The notes under the pieces were generated by a model that worked only from the letters and a program-made list of their open reading frames with translations, was not told the DNA's origin and searched no databases. A DNA stretch of 64,000 nucleotides from Nitriliruptoria bacterium. Lineage in GTDB: Bacteria > Actinomycetota > Nitriliruptoria > Euzebyales > Egibacteraceae. Below are positions 54,732 to 61,390 of this stretch, piece by piece. Numbering within the stretch: position 1 is the stretch's first letter; the number at the start of each line of letters is the position of its first letter. The stretch is from assembly GCA_003550425.1 (NCBI GenBank), contig PUKE01000090.1:31231-95230 (forward strand). The letters run 5' to 3'. The position numbers and the translations under genes were made by a program.

Positions 54732-56212
54732 CGCCGATCCTCCGCCTCGTCGCCAGCGTCGGGCTCGGGCTCGCGCACGTCGTCGTCGAGCTCTGGCTCG
54801 GGCACGTCATCGGGCTCGGGCTCGAGCACGTCGTCGTCGAGCTCCCACGCGTCGTCAGGCTCGGGCTCCGGCGCGGGCGCATCGTCGTCGGCGGCGTCGG
54901 GCGGCGGCTCGAAGTCGAACACCACGTCGCCGACGACCACGTCGTCCCCGGCGCGGGCGCCGGCGCGGGCCAGCGCGTCGATGGCGCCGGCGCTGCGCAG
55001 GCGCCGCTGGAGGTGCGCGACGGCCTCCTCGTTGCCGAAGTCGGTCTGGGCGATCCACCGGGCCACGTTGCCGCCGCGCACGCGCCAGGCGTGCCCCTCG
55101 CGCACCACGCGGACCGGCTCGGGCTCGGCGACCGGTCGCAGCACCGGTCCGCGCGGGGCGACCTCCTCGGAGACCGCGCGCACGGCGCGCTCGGCGCGCA
55201 CCAGCTCCGCGAGCCGCCGCAGCAGCGCGGTCAGCCCCTCGCCGGTCACCGCGCTGCCAAGGAGCACCTCCCAGCCCTGCGCCTCCAGGTCCGGGCGCAC
55301 GAGCTCGGCGACCTCGCGGTCCGCGTCGACCTTGTTGAGCAGCACCAGCGCGGGACGCTCGGTCAGCGGCGGGCGACCCGGCAGCCCCTCGGCCTGCTGC
55401 TCGTAGGCCGCCAGCTCGCGGAGGACGATCGCCAGGTCCTCCCTCGGATCGCGTCCCTCCAGGCTCGCGCAGTCGAGCACGTGGACCAGCGCGGCGGCCC
55501 GCTCGATGTGGCGCAGGAAGCGCTGCCCCAGGCCGCGGCCCTCGCTGGCGCCCTCGATGAGCCCCGGGACGTCGGCGATGGTGAAGTCCGTCTCGTCGAC
55601 GCGCACCACGCCGAGCCTCGGGGTGAGCGTGGTGAACGGGTAGGCCGCGACCTTCGGGCGCGCCGCGGACACGTGCGCGATCAGCGAGGACTTGCCGGCG
55701 CTCGGCATGCCCACCAGCGCCACGTCCGCGAGGAGCTTGAGCTCGCAGCGCACCCGGCGCTGCTCCCCTGGCTCGCCGAGCTCGTGGAAGCGCGGGGCCC
55801 GCCGCCGCGGACCGGCCAGCGCCGCGTTGCCACGGCCTCCCCGACCGCCGCGGGCGACGACCACCTCGTCGCCGTCGCGGGCGAGGTCGGCCAGCACCTC
55901 GCCGTGGTCGGCGTCGGACACGATCGTGCCCTCGGGGACCGTCAGCACGCACGCGTCGCCGTCCGCGCCGCGCCGTCGGTCGCCGCTGCCGTGGCGTCCG
56001 CGGCCGGCGGCGCGATGGGGTCGGTACCGCAGGTCCAGCAGGCTGTCCTCGTCCTTGCTGGCGCGCACGACGACGTCACCGCCGTGGCCGCCATCGCCCC
56101 CGTCCGGGCGACCCTTGGGCTCGTAGGGCTGGCGATCGAAGGCGGTCACGCCGTCGCCGCCCCGCCCGGCGGTGGCGGTGACGGTCACCTCGTCGACGAA
56201 CTCCCCGGTCAT
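54728..56212 (-). CDS. obg: GTPase Obg/CgtA
   Basis: ATG at 56212. Gly-rich Obg fold (GRGGDGV...GGDGGHGGDV...GGRGGRGN), G-domain (GMPSAGKSS, DVPGLIEGA, NKVD), OCT-like domain, then an acidic EPEPDD-type tail. Confidence 0.95.
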   Translation of the reverse strand: MTGEFVDEVTVTATAGRGGDGVTAFDRQPYEPKGRPDGGDGGHGGDVVVRASKDEDSLLDLRYRPHRAAGRGRHGSGDRRRGADGDACVLTVPEGTIVSDADHGEVLADLARDGDEVVVARGGRGGRGNAALAGPRRRAPRFHELGEPGEQRRVRCELKLLADVALVGMPSAGKSSLIAHVSAARPKVAAYPFTTLTPRLGVVRVDETDFTIADVPGLIEGASEGRGLGQRFLRHIERAAALVHVLDCASLEGRDPREDLAIVLRELAAYEQQAEGLPGRPPLTERPALVLLNKVDADREVAELVRPDLEAQGWEVLLGSAVTGEGLTALLRRLAELVRAERAVRAVSEEVAPRGPVLRPVAEPEPVRVVREGHAWRVRGGNVARWIAQTDFGNEEAVAHLQRRLRSAGAIDALARAGARAGDDVVVGDVVFDFEPPPDAADDDAPAPEPEPDDAWELDDDVLEPEPDDVPEPELDDDVREPEPDAGDEAEDRR

Positions 56213-56346
56213 CGCGGTCAGGGTAGGCGCTCGGCACGCCCGGGGCGGCCCTAGGATCGCCCCGCAAGGCTCGCGCGCGCAGGTCCCCGCCCCCGTGGTG
56301 GCCGCACGCGCGCGGTCCTCGGGCACGCGAGGCAAGGAGGGGCGCC

Positions 56347-57180
56347 ATGGGCGAGGCCGAGGCGATCGCGCGCAGCGTCGACGGGCCCGTCACCCGGGCC
56401 TCGCTGACCGCGGACCTCGCCGCGCTGGACCTGGCGGGGGCCACGGTGCTCGTGCACGCCTCCCTGTCGGCCCTCGGATGGGTCTGCGGTGGCCCGGTGG
56501 CCGTGTGCGAGGCGCTGCGCGCCGCGATCGGTCGGGACGGCACGCTCGTGGTCCCCACCCACACCGGCCTGAGCGACCCCGCCCACTGGGAGCACCCACC
56601 GGTCCCCGCGGCGTGGGTGCCCACCGTGCGCGCGGCCCTGCCGCCCTTCGATCGTGCGCTCACGCCCACGCGCGGGATGGGCGCGATCCCCGAGGTCGTG
56701 CGCACCCATCCGGAGGCGCTCCGCAGCCCCCATCCCGAGGTGTCGTTCACCGCCCTTGGCCCGCGCGCCGAGGAGCTCTGCGGCGCGCACCCCCTGGGCG
56801 ACCGGCTCGGCGAGCGCTCCCCGCTCGCGCGCCTGCACGACGCCGAGGCCCTCGTGCTCCTGCTGGGCGTCGACCACGCGGTCAACACCTCGCTGCACCT
56901 GGCGGAGTACCGCTCGCGCGTGGTCGCGCGCCACCGCCACCATCGGCTGGTGCCGCCCTGCGCCGATGGTGGCAACGAGGCCCCCGAGGGCGCCTGGATC
57001 GAGGTCAGCGACGTGGTCCTCGACGAGACCGACTTCGCCGACCTCGGCAGCGACTACGAGGCGGCGCACCCCGACCGCCTGCGGCTCGGGCGCGCCGGCT
57101 ACGGGACGGCGCGGGTGCTGGAGCAGCGCCACCTCGTGGGCTACGCGGTGGGCTGGCTCGACCGCAACCGGCGCCCATGA
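56347..57180 (+). CDS. aminoglycoside 3-N-acetyltransferase family protein (AAC(3)/Antibiotic_NAT)
   Basis: 277 aa. LVHASLSALGWVCGGPVAV, TLVVPTHTG, TPTRGMGAIPE, SPLARLHD, LLLGVDHAVNTSLHLAEYR. Collinear with AAC(3) family signatures. Confidence 0.85.
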   Translation: MGEAEAIARSVDGPVTRASLTADLAALDLAGATVLVHASLSALGWVCGGPVAVCEALRAAIGRDGTLVVPTHTGLSDPAHWEHPPVPAAWVPTVRAALPPFDRALTPTRGMGAIPEVVRTHPEALRSPHPEVSFTALGPRAEELCGAHPLGDRLGERSPLARLHDAEALVLLLGVDHAVNTSLHLAEYRSRVVARHRHHRLVPPCADGGNEAPEGAWIEVSDVVLDETDFADLGSDYEAAHPDRLRLGRAGYGTARVLEQRHLVGYAVGWLDRNRRP

Positions 57181-57253
57181 CGCGAGCGCGGCGGGACCCA
57201 GGGGATCCCGCCGCGTCGACGCTGCGATGCGGCCAAGGCGGGCGAGGGCGCGG

Positions 57254-57505
57254 TCAGCCCTCGAGGACCTCGGCGTACTTCTGCTTGCCGGAGCGCCGGA
57301 ACGAGACCACGCCGTCGTTGAGGGCGAACAGCGTGTCGTCCTTGCCGCGGCCCACGCCACGACCCGGGCGGATCGGGGTGCCGCGCTGGCGGACGATGAT
57401 GCTGCCCGCGGTGACGGTCTGACCGCCGAACCGCTTGGTGCCCAGCATCTTCGGGTTCGAGTCACGGCCGTTGTTGGTGGAGCCGGTGCCCTTCTTGGTC
57501 GACAT
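57254..57505 (-). CDS. rpmA: 50S ribosomal protein L27
   Basis: ATG at 57505 preceded by [36 protein letters not shown]... Confidence 0.95.
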   Translation of the reverse strand: MSTKKGTGSTNNGRDSNPKMLGTKRFGGQTVTAGSIIVRQRGTPIRPGRGVGRGKDDTLFALNDGVVSFRRSGKQKYAEVLEG

Positions 57506-57554
57506 GAGGCCTCCTGGGGCTCGCGGGGGCTCGTCGCTCGGCAGGTGCCGAGCG

Positions 57555-57866
57555 CTAGGCGTCGATGGCGTCGATGCGCAGCAGGGTCCGCTGCTGGCGG
57601 TGGCCACGGGTGCGCTTGAAGCCGGTCTTGTTGTGATACATGAAGGCGGTCACCTTCGGCGCCTTGCGGTGGTCCACCACCGTCGCGCGCACGCTGGTGC
57701 CGCGGAGCTGGTCCGGGGTCGCGGCGACGTTGCCGTCGTCGCCCACGACCAGGACGGGGTCCAGGGTGAGCGTCGACTCCGGGCCGGCGTCGACGCGCTC
57801 CACCTCGATCGTGTCGCCGACGGCGACGCGGTGCTGCTTGCCGTCAGGCTCGACTACGGCGTACAT
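57555..57866 (-). CDS. rplU: 50S ribosomal protein L21
   Basis: ATG at 57866. [23 protein letters not shown]...[21 protein letters not shown]. Confidence 0.95.
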   Translation of the reverse strand: MYAVVEPDGKQHRVAVGDTIEVERVDAGPESTLTLDPVLVVGDDGNVAATPDQLRGTSVRATVVDHRKAPKVTAFMYHNKTGFKRTRGHRQQRTLLRIDAIDA

Positions 57867-57966
57867 GCGGTGGGGCTCCTCGGGGTCGGAGGGCTCGGGG
57901 TGGGCGTCGGCGGGGCGTGGCGCCCTGGCGCCGGGCAGGCGTCGCCGGGCGCTCGCGCGGAGCACG

Positions 57967-57996
57967 AGTGTAGGGTCTGGGATGATGCCCTGCCAA
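57967..57996 (-). promoter_or_regulatory. candidate promoter of rplU-rpmA
   Basis: The minus strand reads TTGGCA-(18 nt)-TACACT in a locally AT-richer patch, about 95 nt upstream of the rplU ATG. Confidence 0.5.
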
Positions 57997-58022
57997 CGCG
58001 TGCCCCGTGCCCCGCTGCCCCG

Positions 58023-58817
58023 ATGTCGCTGCGCCTGACCGACCAGGCGCTGGTGGCTTGGACCGCGGCGGGCGCGGATCCGCGCGGCGCCGAGGCCAGC
58101 GTCGGCGACCTCCTCGTCGCGCTGGCCTCGTCTGAGGGCGTGGCCGCGCAGCGGCTCGCCCCGCATGCCGGCGCGGTGGCGCGCCTGGCCGAGCGCGCCC
58201 CGGCGCTGTCGGGCGTGCTCGCCCCGGCGCGCGTGGCGGCCGGCTGGGCGGGCCGCGAGGTCACGTCGCGTCCCGTGGCGACCGCCGACCTGCTCGCGGC
58301 CGCGGTGGAGGTCGGCGGCGGGGACCTGCGCGATGCCTGCCAGGCCAGCGGCCTGCCGCTGGCGGCGCTCGGTCACGGCGACCCCTGGTCGCTGCGCGAG
58401 CCCGGTGCGCTGGCCGAGACCTACGCCCTGCCCCCGCAGGGCGCACCGGGCTGGGGCGAGGCCGCCCTGCGCGCGCTGGCCCGCGCCCGCGCCGCCGGGG
58501 GCTCGGCGACCGCGCTGGCGGTCGCCCTCGCGCTCGACCCGGCGTCGCCCACCGGCGACGTCGACCGGATGGCCTCGCTGCTCGAGGCGCGCTTCGCCGA
58601 TCGCGACTGGCGGCCCCTGGCCTGTGCGAGCGCCGACGATGCGGGTGTGTCGGCGGTCGTGGCCGCGGTCGAGCGCGCCTTCGCCGACCAGCGGATCGGC
58701 GCGCCCGCCTTGGCGCAGGCGACCCTGATCGCCGGCGGCCCGCTGCCCGCCGCGCTCCTGTCGCCTCCGCGCGGCTCGGGCGGGGCGTCGCCGACCGTCG
58801 AAGGGACCAGCTCATGA
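58023..58817 (+). CDS. hypothetical Ala-rich protein (264 aa)
   Basis: ATG at 58023. High GC3 throughout. The stop overlaps the start of the next gene (ATGA at 58814). No motif recognised. Confidence 0.55.
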   Translation: MSLRLTDQALVAWTAAGADPRGAEASVGDLLVALASSEGVAAQRLAPHAGAVARLAERAPALSGVLAPARVAAGWAGREVTSRPVATADLLAAAVEVGGGDLRDACQASGLPLAALGHGDPWSLREPGALAETYALPPQGAPGWGEAALRALARARAAGGSATALAVALALDPASPTGDVDRMASLLEARFADRDWRPLACASADDAGVSAVVAAVERAFADQRIGAPALAQATLIAGGPLPAALLSPPRGSGGASPTVEGTSS

Positions 58818-60040
58818 CCCCCGATCTCACCCCGACCACGGTGCCGCAGGAGGACCTCGAGGTCTTGGTCCGCGATCTCGCGCTGGCCTTCGGCGAGGAG
58901 CTCGAGGCCGACGAGCTCGCCCTCGTGCGCGGCGAGGCCGAGGCCGACCGCACCCTCGGCGTGCGCGACGACAAGGGCCAGTTCCTGGCCGGCGCCGCCG
59001 CGCAGACCCACGACCTCAGCCTCCCCGGCGGCGCGCGCGTGCCGACCGCGGTCGTGTCGCTGCTGGCGGTGCGCAGCGTGGTGCGCCGTCGCGGGCTGGG
59101 GCGTCGGCTGCTCGGCGCGCTCCATGAGCAGGCTCGCGAGCGTGGCGAGGCGCTGGCCGTCCTGCACGCCAGCGAGGCGACCATCTACGGGCGCTTTGGC
59201 TACGCCCAGGCCGAGCCGACCCTCGACCTGCGCCTCGACGTGCCCCGCAGCGGCCTCCGGGCGGACGCGCCCGGCGCGGAGGGCGCGCTCGCCTCGATCC
59301 CCACGCCCGAGCAGGCCGTCGCGCTCGCCCTCGACCTGTGGGAGCACCTGCGCGATCAGGTGCCCGGCATGCCGCGCCTGACGCGCTCGCGCGCCACGGC
59401 GCTGCTGACCCGAGCGCGGATCGGTCGTCGCAGCGGTGGGCCGCGCCAGCTGCTCGCCATCGGCGACCGGGCCCTCGCGAGCTATCACATCCACGACGAG
59501 TGGCGTCGCACGGGCCCGCACAACACCTTGCGGGTCGGCTGGCTCCTGGCGGCCGACGCCGAAGCCGAGGCGCAGCTGTGGCGCGAGCTGCTGGCCGTCG
59601 ACCTGGTGGGCACCCTGTCAGCCCGCGGCCAGCCGACCGACGCCCTGCTGCCCCTCGTGCTCTCCGACCCCTGGGCCGCCGAGATCGATCACGGCAAGGG
59701 CATGTGGCTGCGCGTGCTGGACCCGGCCGCGGCGCTCGCCGGGCGCGCCCTCGACGCCGACGGCGAGGTGCACCTCGAGGTCCACGACGAGCAGGGGCTC
59801 GCCAGCGGCCGCTGGCGACTGGTCGGCCAGGGCGGCACGGCCTCGGTGACCCCCTCCCGCGTCGCCCCGGACGTGTCGCTGCCGGTGACCACCTTGGGCG
59901 CGGTGCTGCTGGGCGGCCATCGCCTGGTGCCGCTGGCCCGCGCGGGCCAGGCCAGCGAGCACCGCCCCGGCGCCGTGGCGACCCTCGACCGGATGCTCGC
60001 CTGGCCCCGCGCCCCGTGGTGCCCGCTCTCCCTGGAGTGA
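58814..60040 (+). CDS. GNAT N-acetyltransferase of the Eis type (GNAT + SCP2-like C-terminal domain)
   Basis: 408 aa. Acetyl-CoA motif VRSVVRRRGLGRRLL, then HASEATIYGRFGY. Length and the C-terminal sterol-carrier-like region (LPVTTLGAVLLGG) match Eis-family architecture. Confidence 0.8.
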   Translation: MTPDLTPTTVPQEDLEVLVRDLALAFGEELEADELALVRGEAEADRTLGVRDDKGQFLAGAAAQTHDLSLPGGARVPTAVVSLLAVRSVVRRRGLGRRLLGALHEQARERGEALAVLHASEATIYGRFGYAQAEPTLDLRLDVPRSGLRADAPGAEGALASIPTPEQAVALALDLWEHLRDQVPGMPRLTRSRATALLTRARIGRRSGGPRQLLAIGDRALASYHIHDEWRRTGPHNTLRVGWLLAADAEAEAQLWRELLAVDLVGTLSARGQPTDALLPLVLSDPWAAEIDHGKGMWLRVLDPAAALAGRALDADGEVHLEVHDEQGLASGRWRLVGQGGTASVTPSRVAPDVSLPVTTLGAVLLGGHRLVPLARAGQASEHRPGAVATLDRMLAWPRAPWCPLSLE

Positions 60041-60050
60041 CGGCCGACCA

Positions 60051-60088
60051 TCGCGCCCGGCGCCCTCGCGCCCGGCGCCCTCGCGCCG
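60051..60088. repeat. 15-bp tandem repeat tcgcgcccggcgccc (2 full copies plus a partial copy)
   Basis: Copies at 60051-60065 and 60066-60080, with a partial copy from 60081. Starts 10 nt after the Eis-type gene stop. Confidence 0.8.
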
Positions 60089-60166
60089 GCACGCGCCCCG
60101 AGACCCCGCCGCCGCGGGCCCCGACGCCGCGCGCCCTGACGCACCCGCCGCCACGCGCCCCGACGC

Positions 60167-60399
60167 ACTGGGTGCGGATGCGACCCTCACACGGCAGATC
60201 TGCACCCGGTGCTGGAGCGGACCTCCTTCTGGGTGCACAAGGAGCCCGATCCGGGCCGTCCATGCACCCAGTGCGAGCGGCGGGCGTGGACTGGGTGGAG
60301 ATCGGCACGCTGGTGGCCCCATCTGCACCCAGAGCGGCGGCTCCCGGCGAACTGGGTGCACGGGCGCGGACTGGGTGCACGCGCGCCGACTGGGTGCAC
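60167..60399. repeat. phased array of at least 9 copies of the decamer ACTGGGTGCA (6 forward, 3 reverse) in a non-coding convergent intergenic tract
   Basis: Forward copies start at 60167, 60229, 60290, 60351, 60370 and 60389. Reverse copies (tgcaccc[ag]g[ta]) start at 60201, 60263 and 60324. Each copy has 0-1 mismatch to the consensus. Forward copies recur every 61-62 nt, and so do the reverse copies. The last three forward copies form a 19-bp tandem repeat. Confidence 0.85.
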
Positions 60400-60466
60400 G
60401 GCCGCACGCCGGTCGGATGCATGACCGGCCACCGCGCGCGAGCCCGAGCTCGCCGGGCGCACCCTG

Positions 60467-61381
60467 CTACGCCGCGGGCGTGAGCGGCTCCCAGCGCCAG
60501 CGCATGGTGGACGTCAGCGTCTCGCCGCGGCGGCGCACCGCGAGACCGGTGCCCTCCCAACCCTGCGCGCCGAGCGTGAGCGCGTCGGGCCAGGCGGTCT
60601 GGGGCTCGACGCACACGCCCTCGGGCGGGGTGTGGACCACCACGGTGGTGATCGCGTCGTCCCACTCGAGGCGCAGCGCGAGATCGGGCCAGCACACCTC
60701 GGCGGGCGCGCGCGGGTCGACCACCGCGTGGTCGAGCCGACGCTCGCCCAGCAGCGGGCCCGACCGCAGGTCCTCCTCCCCTCGCACCGACCGGATCTCG
60801 CCGGTGGGCAGCAGCTCCTCGTCGGTCTCCAGCACGCGCTGGCCACGGACCGTCACCGACAGGTCGCCCTCGGCGGGGCGCGCGAACCACGGATGCCACC
60901 CCAGCACGACCGGCATGGTCGAGCCGGCCTCCACCGTCAGCGTCCAGACGAGCCCATCACGGGCGAGCTCGATGCGCTGGCGCAGCCGCCCACCCCACGG
61001 CCACCGTGGGCGCGGCAGCAGGCAGGACAGCTCTGCGACCCCGCTGTCGCGCTGACGCACGGTGTGGGGCAGCTGCCACGCCACCCCGTGCAGGCCGTGG
61101 GCACCCAGGGTCGGCGCGAGCGCGACCTGCCGACCCCGCCACGGCACGGTCGCGTGCCGCAGCCGACCCGCCCAGGGGGCCATCGGGAAGCACCCCCACT
61201 GCAGCGAGTCCAGCGGGTCGGCGTCGGTGGGGGCGGTCACCAGCCGCTCCACCCCGCCGACCTGCAGCGAGGCGAGCCGCCCACCGGCGGCCGGGTCGAT
61301 CTCGGCGCGGACCGCGCCGCCCCCGGCGGTCAGCACGGTGCGGCGCGGCCGCGGGCGCGGCGGTCCAGGAGGGGCGCTCAT
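60467..61381 (-). CDS. aldose 1-epimerase family protein (galactose mutarotase-like)
   Basis: 304 aa. GCFPMAPWAGRL, HGLHG, LGWHPWF and VCVEPQT resemble aldose-epimerase superfamily motifs. Family-level call only. Confidence 0.75.
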   Translation of the reverse strand: MSAPPGPPRPRPRRTVLTAGGGAVRAEIDPAAGGRLASLQVGGVERLVTAPTDADPLDSLQWGCFPMAPWAGRLRHATVPWRGRQVALAPTLGAHGLHGVAWQLPHTVRQRDSGVAELSCLLPRPRWPWGGRLRQRIELARDGLVWTLTVEAGSTMPVVLGWHPWFARPAEGDLSVTVRGQRVLETDEELLPTGEIRSVRGEEDLRSGPLLGERRLDHAVVDPRAPAEVCWPDLALRLEWDDAITTVVVHTPPEGVCVEPQTAWPDALTLGAQGWEGTGLAVRRRGETLTSTMRWRWEPLTPAA

Positions 61382-61390
61382 CAGGGGGCG

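Noticed and set aside
60167-60399. CRISPR array interpretation of the decamer repeats
   Set aside because: The conserved units are only about 10 nt. They alternate in orientation, the spacers are 8-24 nt, and no cas genes or leader are present. The architecture is not CRISPR-like.
60187-60462. ORFs 60209..60424 (+, 71 aa) and 60187..60462 (-, 91 aa) inside the repeat tract
   Set aside because: The repeat periods (19 and 61-62 nt) are not multiples of 3, so the motif falls in different frames. There is no SD, and the compositions are Arg/Trp/His-rich and non-protein-like.
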